Of a stretch of DNA of 64,000 nt, positions 47,386 to 59,000 are shown one piece after another. The translations under genes and the position numbers were made by a program. The notes below the pieces were generated by a model. It was not told where the DNA came from. It saw only the letters and a list, made by a program, of their open reading frames with translations, and did no database searches. The stretch comes from Candidatus Altiarchaeota archaeon (GTDB lineage: Archaea; Altiarchaeota; Altiarchaeia; IMC4; QMZM01): NCBI GenBank assembly GCA_016931955.1, contig JAFGDV010000012.1:1-64000 (forward strand). The letters run 5' to 3'. Every line of letters begins with the position of its first letter. The stretch's first letter is position 1.

Positions 47386-48834
47386 ATGACACTTAAAAGA
47401 AAAGCTATAAGGAGTAGCATTTTAATATTCGGTAAGACTCTCTTTCAGAGAGGTGCCAGTTTTGTAAGTAAAATAATCTTGGCTAGGCTCCTTGTACCAG
47501 CGGATTTTGGTTTGGTCGCTATCGCATCTCTGGTTGTAAACGGCATAGGCTTGTTTAGGGATATCGGTATAAACTCTGCTCTAATTTATAAAAAAGAGGA
47601 TGAAAGTGCAACAGCAGATACCTCTTTCTTGATTATCTGGGTGGTAAGCATCTTCTTATATCTTATTGCTTTCATGTTGGCTCCTTTTGTAGCTGATTTT
47701 TTTGGAGAAGAGGTAGTTGTGGACATTATTAGAATATCAGCTCTCACATTTCTTCTATACGCCGTTGGATTTGTTCCAATGACTTTGCTTGAAAAGAGGA
47801 TAAAGTTCAGAAGGTATGTTGCTGTTGAGCTTATATCAACTGTTGTGGGTATATCCACTATGTTATACATGGCTTTTGTTGGCTTTGGTGTCTGGAGTCT
47901 TATCTACGGTGGCTTAATTGGCGGGTCTGCTGGAGCCGTTGCTGTCTGGTTTTTGACTTCCTGGAGGCCTAGATGGGTATTTGACAAAAAGATTGCTAAA
48001 GAATTGATAGGGTATGGGAAGTTCATGTTGGGTGTGACGCTTGCGATTTTTTTGATTCAGAATATTGATAATGCTGTAATTGGGAAGGTTATTGGCATGT
48101 CTATGCTTGGAATTTATACGATGGCATATTCTATCTGTAATCTTCCGGCGAATACCGTCATGCAGACTATAAATCAGGTGCTTTTTCCCACTTATTCTAG
48201 GATACAGGATGATATCCCAAAGCTTAGGAGGGGTTATCTCAAGGTTTTTAATCTTGTTTCATTGCTTGTTTTCCCCATATCTTCTGGTATCTTCATCCTA
48301 GCGCCTGAGTTTGTCACGATTGTTTTAAGCGAGAAATGGATTCCTGCCATTCCCGCTATCCAGATACTGTGTTTTTTTGGTTTGTTTCGTTCTTTGGCTG
48401 GGACTACTGGTGAGGTTTTTAAGGCTTTAGGTAAACCTGATATTCCTTTTAAAGCCTATAGTGCTCAATTCTTGATTATTCTCTTACTGATTTATCCGTT
48501 CACTCTCCAGTTTGGTATTGTTGGAGCAAGTGTGGTTGTGACATCCTCTATTCTCCTTATAATGCTGTGGCTGCTATTCAGGGTATGTAAGGCTTTGGAG
48601 ATCAAGTTCAGTTCTTTATCTGCGATTTCTGTAGTGCATTTGTTGTCTTCTTTGGTCATGGTCTTGATTGTTTACCTAATTAAAACAAGCCTAGGTATGA
48701 CTCTTTTATCTTTAGTTACTTCAGTCCTTGTTGGAGCGATAGTTTATGTCTCCACAGTATATGTTCTAACGAGAGGAAGGGCTGTTTCAGATGCTATGGA
48801 GGTTGTTTCTGCTCTTAGAGGAGTCAGATCATAG
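47386..48834 (+). CDS. wzx: Wzx/PST-family oligosaccharide flippase
   Basis: Motifs LARLLVPADFG, GFGVWSL and LGIYTMAY; about 12-14 TM segments. Confidence 0.88.
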   Translation: MTLKRKAIRSSILIFGKTLFQRGASFVSKIILARLLVPADFGLVAIASLVVNGIGLFRDIGINSALIYKKEDESATADTSFLIIWVVSIFLYLIAFMLAPFVADFFGEEVVVDIIRISALTFLLYAVGFVPMTLLEKRIKFRRYVAVELISTVVGISTMLYMAFVGFGVWSLIYGGLIGGSAGAVAVWFLTSWRPRWVFDKKIAKELIGYGKFMLGVTLAIFLIQNIDNAVIGKVIGMSMLGIYTMAYSICNLPANTVMQTINQVLFPTYSRIQDDIPKLRRGYLKVFNLVSLLVFPISSGIFILAPEFVTIVLSEKWIPAIPAIQILCFFGLFRSLAGTTGEVFKALGKPDIPFKAYSAQFLIILLLIYPFTLQFGIVGASVVVTSSILLIMLWLLFRVCKALEIKFSSLSAISVVHLLSSLVMVLIVYLIKTSLGMTLLSLVTSVLVGAIVYVSTVYVLTRGRAVSDAMEVVSALRGVRS

Positions 48835-48840
48835 CTCCCT

Positions 48841-50298
48841 TCAATCACGCTTTTTCCAAACATACATTCCTTCCGGGATTCTAGAATCATTCAGCTGATA
48901 ATAGTCTTTCTCTAAGAGTAGATCTTCTGCTTGCTGAACCTCATCGAACTCAAAATCGCTGAGTAGGACTATTGGGGGTTTATTCTCTACTAAGATTTCG
49001 TTAAATTCTGTTAGATTAATTGTAACTAGTACAGATCTATCAGAGTAGTATTTCAAAAAATCTTCTCGTTCAAAGGTGGTTGCTAGAACCAGATCATCTG
49101 GATTTGATACAACATTTATATACCTAGCTACATCCCTTATCTCTCCATGATACGCACTATTACCATGCATACCAATTACTCCATATACCGAAAAAATCAC
49201 GAACAGAACGAGAATAGGGAAATGGACATTTTTTGGCAGCATCTGAAGCCCTAATGCCGCAGAAATGATGAAAGGCGGAACTAGGGAGTACAAGAAGTAA
49301 TCGTGTTCATATACGGCTCCGGGCATCAAGACAAAAAACATCAAGCCATAGGCAAATAATATTAGAATGATTGAATTTTTGAATAATTTTTCTTTATCAT
49401 CAAACTCAAATTTCTTTGTTAAAGCATTCCAAAACCAGATGAATGATAGTGTAAGAACAATAAACCCGACTTGACTCATAAATCGGTCAAGAAAAACTCG
49501 GTAAAAACTAGGGGATAATAGTAATTCTAATCCTAAGTATTTATCTACTGCACTTGATAGATGAGCTACATTACCAGATAAGAGATTTATATGTAGCATA
49601 TTAATCAAAAATGCAATAAATGCAACTATGGGTATCAAAGAGAATAGTTTGATATTAACTTTAGACCTAAACAGAATCGAGACCAAAAAGAATAAAAACA
49701 CAAAAGGTAGGAAATAGTGGGAATCAAGTCCACCAAATAGGGTAATCAGGATAAGATAATAAAAATATTTTTTCTCATTATCCTCTATCCATTTGATAAA
49801 TAAATAGATAAATAAAAACTGAAAAAATAAACCTATGGGGAAACCAAACCGATCAAAATATACTGCTTCAGGAACAACCGCTAAGAAAATTGTTGATATA
49901 AGAGCAGTATTTTTATCCCAAATTTTAGAGACAATAGCATAAAGGAGGATTATATTAGCTAACCCAAAGAGTATATAGGGTAAACGAATGGTCCACTCGT
50001 TAACACCTAGAATCATATGGAATAATGACAGGAGTATAACACCAAATTGGGGGTAATTAGAATAGTATATAAGTTTACCATCAATTACGTTGGTTACCGC
50101 CCCAAATTTAGTTTCTAAAAAACCATATCTTAGGTGATTTCTCTCCACCACACCCAATTGAGCGCCCATTAAATCATGATGTCCTACAAAACTCTCTGTT
50201 ATCTCATATGACCTAAACAACAAGCCAAGTACCAAAACTAGGAGAAGAGCCTTATTTTTAAAAAGGAATCTTTTAAGTTTACTAATCACGTTATCCAT
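48841..50298 (-). CDS. ArnT/PMT-like GT-C membrane glycosyltransferase
   Basis: Multi-TM protein with YSNYP, LGVNEWTIRLP and HDYF. Confidence 0.75.
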   Translation of the reverse strand: MDNVISKLKRFLFKNKALLLVLVLGLLFRSYEITESFVGHHDLMGAQLGVVERNHLRYGFLETKFGAVTNVIDGKLIYYSNYPQFGVILLSLFHMILGVNEWTIRLPYILFGLANIILLYAIVSKIWDKNTALISTIFLAVVPEAVYFDRFGFPIGLFFQFLFIYLFIKWIEDNEKKYFYYLILITLFGGLDSHYFLPFVFLFFLVSILFRSKVNIKLFSLIPIVAFIAFLINMLHINLLSGNVAHLSSAVDKYLGLELLLSPSFYRVFLDRFMSQVGFIVLTLSFIWFWNALTKKFEFDDKEKLFKNSIILILFAYGLMFFVLMPGAVYEHDYFLYSLVPPFIISAALGLQMLPKNVHFPILVLFVIFSVYGVIGMHGNSAYHGEIRDVARYINVVSNPDDLVLATTFEREDFLKYYSDRSVLVTINLTEFNEILVENKPPIVLLSDFEFDEVQQAEDLLLEKDYYQLNDSRIPEGMYVWKKRD

Positions 50299-50406
50299 CC
50301 CCAGTTATTAGAATATCTATGCTATATATAGATAGTTCATTAATATATAAAAACTGCGCATATATTATCATACATTATCCCATAACTTTATAATTTAAAT
50401 AAACAA

Positions 50407-51297
50407 ATGACATATAAAAACCAAAAAATAATTGCTATTGTCCCAGCATACAACGAGGAGGCAACCATCGGTAGCGTTGTACTAACTGCCAAGAACTATG
50501 TGGATAAGGTGGTTATAGTAGATGATGGTAGCAGTGATAAGACTTCCGCGATCGCTGAACTTGCTGGCGCTGAGGTTGCTAGGCATGACGAAAATATGGG
50601 CTATGGCGCAGCTATTAAAACTTGTTTTGATGTGGCGAAAAAATATAATGCTGATGTTATGGTCACATTGGATGGCGATGGTCAGCATAATCCCAGTGAG
50701 ATAACAAAGGTGGTAAAATCTATAATCAATGGAGAAGCTGACATCGTTATTGGGTCGAGATTTTTGGGTAAGTCAAGCCGTATTCCGGGATACAGGAAAT
50801 TCGGCATAAAGTTTCTGAATAGGATGACAAATCTATCCTCAAGAAAGGTTTCTGATACGCAGAGTGGTTTCAGAGCTTATTCACGAAAAGCAATCAACAG
50901 CTTGAGGTTAAATGAATCAGGCATGGGTATCGGCTCGGAGATATTAATGAACGCCCAAAAGCTTGATTTGAAGATAGAAGAGGTTCCAATCTCTGTCAGG
51001 TATGATGTAAGTAAGCCTTCTCAACATCCATTATCTCATGGAGCTAGTGTTTTGGGTACAGTTTTGAGTTATATTGAAGAGAAACGTCCGCTTGAGTTCT
51101 TTGGCTTAATAGGCATATTATGCTTAACATCCGGCGTCGGTTTAGGTTTTTGGGTTTTTCAAAGATACAATGAAGTACATCAGCTTGCTACTGGAAGTGC
51201 TGTAATAACGGCCATTCTTGTGCTTACCGGAATCCTCTCTATTTTTTCGGGGATCATAATTCACACAATCGTAAGTTCTCTCAGAATAAAGGAATAA
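50407..51297 (+). CDS. glycosyltransferase family 2, Dol-P-sugar synthase (DPM1)-like
   Basis: Motifs VPAYNEE, DDGSSD, LDGDGQH and DTQSGFRAY; two C-terminal TM helices. Confidence 0.9.
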   Translation: MTYKNQKIIAIVPAYNEEATIGSVVLTAKNYVDKVVIVDDGSSDKTSAIAELAGAEVARHDENMGYGAAIKTCFDVAKKYNADVMVTLDGDGQHNPSEITKVVKSIINGEADIVIGSRFLGKSSRIPGYRKFGIKFLNRMTNLSSRKVSDTQSGFRAYSRKAINSLRLNESGMGIGSEILMNAQKLDLKIEEVPISVRYDVSKPSQHPLSHGASVLGTVLSYIEEKRPLEFFGLIGILCLTSGVGLGFWVFQRYNEVHQLATGSAVITAILVLTGILSIFSGIIIHTIVSSLRIKE

Positions 51298-51307
51298 TTC
51301 AAAGAAG

Positions 51308-52276
51308 ATGTATCCTTTAGTTTCAGTAGTTGTTGTAGTCTATAATGAAGAAAAATATATCCAAGGATGTATTGAATCTCTGTTGAGATTAAACTATCCA
51401 AAAAATCGATATGAAGTTGTTGTGGTTGATGGCATGTCAACTGACAGAACACAAGAAATTGTTAAGAAGTACCCAATTAAGCTTGTAATCAATAAAGCTA
51501 GATTTTGTCCACCTGGGAGGAATCTTGGCGTTGAAAATGCGAGAGGGGATTATGTGGCGTTCACTGATGGGGACTGTGAGGTCGATGTTAACTGGTTGAA
51601 AACTTTGGTTGATGAAATCAGGAAATGCCCAGATGAAGTGGTTTCTGTGGGTGGTCCGAATCTTGTATTTGAGACTGATTCTCTTCTTGCCAGAACGATT
51701 GGACACATGCAGGAAACGTATTTAGGTTCTGGTGGCTCGGCACAATCATATAAGATTGATGAGCCCCGTTATGTTGAATCAATCCCCACTTGCAATATAC
51801 TCTACAAAAAAGAGATTTTAGCAAAGGAGAGATATGATGATGAACTCAAAATTGGCGAAGACGCTGAACTGCATTTTAGGTTGAGGCGACTAGGATATAA
51901 ATTTTTGTATCTGCCAAACGCTATTGTATGGCATCACAGACGAAGTAAAATAGTGAATTTCATTGGGCATATATGGACATATGGGAAGGCTATGGGGGGG
52001 GTAACGAGAAAACATAAAAAAATCATAAGATTTTATGCCTTTTTACCTCCTTTGGCGATAATTGCTTTGATATTAGCATACCCTCTAATACTTTATTTTC
52101 CACTGATTATTTGGATATATCTACTAGGGATTGGCATATATTCCATTGCTTTATTGATATCATCATTGCAAGTCTACAATAGGATAGGTATAACTGGGTT
52201 TATACTAACCATGCTACTATTACCCCTACAGCATTTTATTTATGGGGTTGGGTTTTTAATGGGGGCATTATTATGA
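51308..52276 (+). CDS. glycosyltransferase family 2 with C-terminal TM helices
   Basis: Motifs YNEE, VDGMSTD, FTDGD and GEDAEL. Confidence 0.88.
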   Translation: MYPLVSVVVVVYNEEKYIQGCIESLLRLNYPKNRYEVVVVDGMSTDRTQEIVKKYPIKLVINKARFCPPGRNLGVENARGDYVAFTDGDCEVDVNWLKTLVDEIRKCPDEVVSVGGPNLVFETDSLLARTIGHMQETYLGSGGSAQSYKIDEPRYVESIPTCNILYKKEILAKERYDDELKIGEDAELHFRLRRLGYKFLYLPNAIVWHHRRSKIVNFIGHIWTYGKAMGGVTRKHKKIIRFYAFLPPLAIIALILAYPLILYFPLIIWIYLLGIGIYSIALLISSLQVYNRIGITGFILTMLLLPLQHFIYGVGFLMGALL

Positions 52277-53349
52277 AAATAATAACAGTTTTGGGGACTA
52301 GGCCTGAAATAATTAAACTAAGCCCTTTAATACCCTTGCTTGATAAAAAATTCAAGAATATAGTCGTCCATACAGGCCAACATTATAATTGGGAGATGGA
52401 CAAGGTTTTTTTCAAGGAATTGGATCTACGAGAGCCAGATTATAACCTGCATGTTGGTTCAGGGAATAGTGCGTATCAGATAGGTACAATAATCCTTAGA
52501 TTAGAAAAAATAATTAAAAAAGAAAAACCAAACGCAGTTATTGTTTATGGGGATACAAATACTACATTGGCTGGAGCACTAGTCGGCTCAAAGATGAATT
52601 TAAAAGTAATCCATATAGAAGCAGGATGCAGATCAAGAAATAGAAAAACACCCGAAGAGATAAATAGGATACTGACGGATCACTGTTCAGATATGTTGTT
52701 CAGCATAGACGAAGAGAGTTATAGAAACCTGATTGATGAAGGAATTGATAAAAAAAGAATATTCTTAAGTGGAAATACAATTACTGAGGTGCTTTCTAGG
52801 AATAAGAAACTCAGTAAGAAATCAAAGATACTAAGGGATCTTGGCTTAAAAGAGAGGGAATACGCTGTTGTTACAATGCACAGAGCAGAAAATACTTCAA
52901 AAGAAAACATCAAATGCATTATAAAGGCGCTAAATGAAATCTCCAAGGAGAGTGATATTGTATTCCCAATACACCCAAGGACTAAAAAAGTTATTTGTTC
53001 TAACAAAATTCAGGTTTCTAAAAAGATAAAGATAACAGAGCCTCTGGGGTATCTAGATTTTATAAAGCTCTTATCTAACGCCCTATTTGTAATGACCGAC
53101 AGCGGTGGGATTCAAGCAGAAACAGTCGAATTAAACATTCCATGCTTAGTATTGAGAAATGAAACAGAATATAACGAATATATTCGCTTGGGTAAAATAA
53201 TATTGGCTGGAACCGACACGAGGAATATAATAAAAGCTTCAAAGAAATTGAGTATAAGCCATGAGAAAATAAGAAAAATAAAGTATAAACCCAAAAAAAA
53301 CGCATGTAAAAAAATAATAGAAGCAATAGAAAGCATGAGTACATATTAA
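52273..53349 (+). CDS. wecB: UDP-N-acetylglucosamine 2-epimerase (non-hydrolysing)
   Basis: Motifs GTRPEIIK, HTGQHY, GDTNT, HIEAG, PEEINR and TDSGGIQ. Confidence 0.93.
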   Translation: MKIITVLGTRPEIIKLSPLIPLLDKKFKNIVVHTGQHYNWEMDKVFFKELDLREPDYNLHVGSGNSAYQIGTIILRLEKIIKKEKPNAVIVYGDTNTTLAGALVGSKMNLKVIHIEAGCRSRNRKTPEEINRILTDHCSDMLFSIDEESYRNLIDEGIDKKRIFLSGNTITEVLSRNKKLSKKSKILRDLGLKEREYAVVTMHRAENTSKENIKCIIKALNEISKESDIVFPIHPRTKKVICSNKIQVSKKIKITEPLGYLDFIKLLSNALFVMTDSGGIQAETVELNIPCLVLRNETEYNEYIRLGKIILAGTDTRNIIKASKKLSISHEKIRKIKYKPKKNACKKIIEAIESMSTY

Positions 53350-53389
53350 AAACCGTGAGGATTATCAAGATTTTTATCCAATAGATAGA

Positions 53390-54511
53390 ATGACTACTAA
53401 GGTATTATTTGTCAGATCAAATCCTGTTAATCCGGAGCCTAGAGTCGAAAAACAAGCACTTGCACTTGCTGAAGAAAATTTTGACGTCAACATCCTAGGG
53501 TGGGATAGAGAGGGTAGCCATCAGAGGATAGAACATAGAAACGAGTACACGATAAACAGGTTCCGACTTAAATCCAGTTATGGTTCTCTAAAACTACTTT
53601 TTTATATCCCTATCTGGTGGTTTTATGAATTTTATTATTTGATGACACGAGAATGGGATATAATACACGCTTGTGATTTTGACACATTATTGCCTGCAAT
53701 AATTGCAGCAAAAATAAAAAAAAGGAGAATAGTTTACGATATTTTTGATTTTTACTCAGGCATGATTCCCACAGGAATCCCAGAAATAGTTATAAAAATC
53801 ATCACTTTTTTAGAAAACTCCTTTCCGAGATTTGCGGATTTTGTCATTGTTCCAAATGACAGCATGACAAAACACATAAAAGGCATGAAGTCTAAGAGAA
53901 TTATAACAATCATGAATATCCCTAAAGACTTAGAGTATAACAATATGTTTATCAATTCTGAAAAAATCGATAAATTCCTGATATTTTATGGAGGTACATT
54001 TGGAAAAGATCGCGGATTAGATGAGATAATAGGAATAGTCGAAGGTATAGATGATGTACAATTAGTTATTGCTGGTTATGGTGCTGACTCAGAAAAAATA
54101 AAAGATTTATGCAACAATAGCAATAATTCAACTTTTATTGGTAGATTAAAATATGATGAGATTTTAGCTTATACACAAAAAGCAGACATGTTATTTGCAT
54201 TATATGACCCAAATATAAAAAACAACATCTTCGCCAGCCCCAACAAATTATTTGAAGCAATGATGTTAAGTAAACCAATTATCGTCAGCGACAAAACATT
54301 TATGGCAGATATTGTTAAAAAAGAGAGATGTGGTTTTGTTGTGGATTATAGAGATACTAATAGTATAAAAAACGCCATAATTAAACTCAGAGATGATCCC
54401 AAACTTTGCAAAGAATTGGGAAAAAATGGGGAAAACGCCCATGAAAAAAAATACAATTGGGATATTATGAAAAAAAGATTGCTAGAGATTTACAATTCTT
54501 TAAAAGAATAG
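53390..54511 (+). CDS. glycosyltransferase family 4
   Basis: Motifs EPRVEK, IHACDFDTL and SPNKLFEAM. Confidence 0.88.
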   Translation: MTTKVLFVRSNPVNPEPRVEKQALALAEENFDVNILGWDREGSHQRIEHRNEYTINRFRLKSSYGSLKLLFYIPIWWFYEFYYLMTREWDIIHACDFDTLLPAIIAAKIKKRRIVYDIFDFYSGMIPTGIPEIVIKIITFLENSFPRFADFVIVPNDSMTKHIKGMKSKRIITIMNIPKDLEYNNMFINSEKIDKFLIFYGGTFGKDRGLDEIIGIVEGIDDVQLVIAGYGADSEKIKDLCNNSNNSTFIGRLKYDEILAYTQKADMLFALYDPNIKNNIFASPNKLFEAMMLSKPIIVSDKTFMADIVKKERCGFVVDYRDTNSIKNAIIKLRDDPKLCKELGKNGENAHEKKYNWDIMKKRLLEIYNSLKE

Positions 54512-54583
54512 GATAGCTACGGTTACAAATACAAATGTGTGTTGTCACATAACTCTTTTGTCTTATCACTACAGCGTAAATTC

Positions 54584-55813
54584 TCAATTTCTTCTTAACA
54601 AAACTAACTGTGTTAAAAAGAATAATATATTAACGCCAAACAAAATCCAGATTATGTTATCCAATGTTAGATGATATAAAAGAATAAACACTATCTCAAA
54701 TGTTGTTATTGCCAATAGATAGGGGATAAATCCTGTTTTCTTTAATGCTAGGTTGTAGTTCACTAGAAGCGTATTTACGCCTATGGGTAGCATTGCAACA
54801 CCCAAGAGTTGTAATAAAGGAACTGAGTTAAGGTATTCTGGGCTGAATAAAACCCCTATAATAAATCTCGGGAAAAACCAAAAGACTGCCGCTACAAGAA
54901 TTGACGTAGTTAAAACATAAAAAATGCTTGCGCTTAATATCCCTTTCGTTTCCTCGCCTTTCGCATAAACCTCAGAGACCTTAGGAAACATAACCATACA
55001 AACAGACGAAGTCACAAAAAGAATCAATCGCGCCATCGTCAAAGCAACATTATAAAAACCAGTCTCCTGAGAACTAAAAAAGTGTTTAACAAACACGGTT
55101 GGAGCCTCAACCATAACAGTCATACAAAAGAGAGTTAAAAGAACAGGCCACGTATATTTGTATATGGCTGATATATCTATACTGTTATCTGATCGATCAA
55201 ACAAAAACTTTAGGGGGATGAAAGCTATCAAAAAAGCAAAAAGATAACCCAAACCATAAGCAAGAAGAGCCCCATTAACACCCAAACCAAAAAAAACAAG
55301 GACTACTCCCAAAACCAATCTTGCTACAGACTCCAGAGAAAAATTCAAACCCAGTTGATTAAAGTCTTGTATGCCACGAAGAACCCCCCGATTAACAGGT
55401 AAAACAACAGCGAACACAATAGAAAAACCAACAATGACTACCGGTGTGATAGAGGGCAACTTCATGAAATCAGCAATAAACCAACTCAACAATAAGACAA
55501 TAAAAAAGCCTAAAAAACCATACCTAGAGAGCTTTTTTATAGCTGAAAACATAAGAGAATTGATCTTCCCATACTGTTCTTTAGCCTTAAACTCGGAAAC
55601 GAATTTGGTTATAACGGTAGTTATTGTCCCAGACGGAACTGCAAAGATCATAAGCAACGCCAACATGGAACCCAAGATACCATAGTCAGCAGGCCCTAAA
55701 GCCCTTGCCATATAGATGTGATAGATGTAAGCGAAGAGATTGGCTATTACTGTGGCTATAAACATGATACCAGATTGCTTCATAAGTTGTTTAGACATGT
55801 TCTGTATCACCAC
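54584..55813 (-). CDS. oligosaccharide flippase family protein
   Basis: Motifs MARALGPADYG, ETGFY and MFPKVS; multi-TM. Confidence 0.85.
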   Translation of the reverse strand: MVIQNMSKQLMKQSGIMFIATVIANLFAYIYHIYMARALGPADYGILGSMLALLMIFAVPSGTITTVITKFVSEFKAKEQYGKINSLMFSAIKKLSRYGFLGFFIVLLLSWFIADFMKLPSITPVVIVGFSIVFAVVLPVNRGVLRGIQDFNQLGLNFSLESVARLVLGVVLVFFGLGVNGALLAYGLGYLFAFLIAFIPLKFLFDRSDNSIDISAIYKYTWPVLLTLFCMTVMVEAPTVFVKHFFSSQETGFYNVALTMARLILFVTSSVCMVMFPKVSEVYAKGEETKGILSASIFYVLTTSILVAAVFWFFPRFIIGVLFSPEYLNSVPLLQLLGVAMLPIGVNTLLVNYNLALKKTGFIPYLLAITTFEIVFILLYHLTLDNIIWILFGVNILFFLTQLVLLRRN

Positions 55814-56018
55814 AAAATAAATTGTATATAGTTATATGGAGAGAGATAATAACTAATCGGGTTTGAATCAATTGCCTTCTTATCCGTACATTTTATATTA
55901 TATATAATTATTTTCATACAATGTTTATATTTAAGCAATTCAATCCATATATTAGCATATATCACACACGCTCCAGGTATTTATGCACGAAAATAAAAAT
56001 AATTTAAAACAAGAGAAC

Positions 56019-59000
56019 ATGCGAAAAACACTCTACTTGATAATAGGCATACTAATAACAGTCAGCCTAGCTAACGCACAATGTGGATATTCTGGAACAG
56101 GAGACTGGATTATAGATTCTAAGATTGATTGCAAGGACACATCGATTACATTAAACGGAAACATACTCATCAACACAGGAGGCTGGCTTAACGCAACCAA
56201 TGTGTTTTTCACATTCAACAACACTGGTAAAGCCAACGAAACAACAAGAGGCACGGCACTTGAAGACGGAGGCAACCTGACTCTTGTGGACTGCCTTTAT
56301 CAAAGCAACGAACCAGTTGGTGGAACGGATATTGAAGACAACCCAGGCGGTTGGACTAACACATGGATCAATGTATGGAATGATGTTGGAAATGCAGACT
56401 GTAGGATAATATTGAATAGAACAACCTTCAATGGCATAGGGATGCATCCCTTGAACATATTAAATAGTCGCTATGGCATCTACCCTATGGAGGGGCAGAT
56501 GTGGGTGGACAACTGCACATGCAATAAATCAGTTAACTGTTTCATTTCTACAGCAGATAGCACAAGAGGGGATAATAGAACAATTCGCTACTTGAAAAAC
56601 AACAAATTTGAGAACATAAGCACATTCCCCTATGTCTTCCTCTATGATGGAGACAGTGAAACAGAATACTTGGAAATAACAGGAAACACCTGGTATGGTA
56701 ACACATACCGTATGGGGACACTTGATTACACTGAGAAAGTTAAGATATACGACAACACCGCAAGCGGCACACCCAACTATGGTTTCAGCAACAACGGAGC
56801 AAGTGATGTCTTGATATACAACATGAACATTTCAGGACCGCCAACAGCAGTAGAGTTAAATTCAGGAAACCATGACTTTGAGATATACAATCTGAATATA
56901 ACAAACGGCGGAATAGGCTGCAACTACGGCAACCGCAACATAACAATACATGATGTAGACGTCACAGGTAAGAAAGCATTTGTAGGAAGCACCGCAGTCG
57001 CAGGAAGCCCAAACTACAACAACCACTTCTACAACATGACATACACATTTGTTTTCGGGGCAGACATAGTAGGCTACCTGATAGCCTACACAGGAGAAAA
57101 CTCAACAATAGAGGACATCACAATAGTTGGGTCTCCCACAGACCAGACAGCGATAACCACAAAACACGCCACAGGAGGGACTGGGGGAAGCGAATACTAT
57201 GTTAAAAACGTCACATATGAGGACATAAGCATAGACAACATCAACACAGGCATCCGGATGAAATACTTCAACGACAGCACATTCAGAGACATCAGGATGA
57301 CCAATGTGAACAGCTACAACATCTACTTCTCAGGGAACAACTACCGAAACAGATTCATCAACGTCACACACGACAGCGTTTTCTTCGACAACAACGACGA
57401 CGTATTCGACTACTACAATTATCTTTCGGTGAATGTGACCGGTGACAACGTGTGGGGGATAGAAGTGTATAATAGGACTAGCGATTTGTTAACGAGCGGA
57501 TCCACGACGACGGGGAAAGTCGAGAAACTAGAAGTCAACGAATTCAAGCAGACCAAGGTGGCGACAAATTTACAGTATCCGCACACGATCAAGGTAACAG
57601 GATTGGTGGCGGACACGGACTACAACGTCACAGTAAACGGAGCATACAGTCAAACAAAAAAGACAGACGCACTGGGAGTACTGACATTCCAAGAGAATAT
57701 AACAGACAACACACGGATGACACTGAAGGCGACAACAGACGTATACCCGCCATTCATCACGATCATTACACCACAGAACACAAAATACGCGCAAGGAGCG
57801 CTGACGGCGGAGATCAGCTTAGACGAAGACGGAGACTGGTGCGCATACTCACTAGAAGGAAACCCCAACAAAACAATGACAGGAGCAGGAAAAAGCTGGA
57901 CAACACTGCTCACAGAACTCGCGAAGATAGAGTACAGCATAAAGTTCTGGTGCAATGACACACAAGGACACATGGGGTCATCCGAGAAACGATATTTTAC
58001 GATAGTAGAATGCCTGGCAGACGGAGACTGCGGCATAGGACAATACTGCAACACAGGAGATGAGTGCAAAGACAAAAAAGGAGACGGAGCACCATGCAGT
58101 GCAGATAAGGAGTGCACGTCAAATGAATGCTGCCATTCAATATGTAGAAGTGTGTGCCCCTACTGCGGAGACGGATACTGCGACGGAGGAGAAACATGCG
58201 GAACATGCCCGCTAGACTGCACCTGCGCACCCGGAGGCGGACCAGGAGGAGGAACAGGAGGATCCGGAGGAGCCATCGGGACAGGAGGAATAGGGGCGAA
58301 CTGCTTCGACGGGATAATGAACCAGGGAGAAACCGGAATAGACTGCGGAGGACCCTGCAAGGCATGTCCTAGTTGCATGGACGGGATACTGAACCAAGGC
58401 GAGACCGGAGTAGACTGCGGAGGACCCTGCGGAGAATGCGCCATCGGAGCGACAGCGGCAAGCTGCTATGACAGAATAAAGAACCAGGGAGAACAAGGAA
58501 TAGACTGCGGAGGACCCTGCAAGGCATGCAAGACAGGGAACATATTACAGGAGAAATTCATGATAGGGTTAAATCATCCCAGTGAAGTGGAAGCAGGAGA
58601 CCACTACACAGTAGGAGTGACAGTAGAGAATACAGGAGACACCACACTAAAAGAACTGAACGTGAAAGTAGGCAGCCAGATAAAGACAACCGACTTAGAT
58701 CTGACAGAGAAAAAGACAGTGGAATTCCAACTAACCGCGCCACGAGAAGAAGGAGAATACATGATAAAAGTAGAAGCATACAATGGAACCCTAAGAGAAG
58801 AAGAACAAACAAAGATACAAGTAAAGCCAACCCCGCTGACGCTGAGAGCCACAACAGTAGACAACACAACATATATTATAACGCAGACCAATTACACCGA
58901 CGCAGTGATAGAATTAATAATCACAAGAGAAAACAAAACAGTATACTGGGACTACATAAGCGAAGAAGAACACATAACACAGATACAGGCAGGAAACTAC

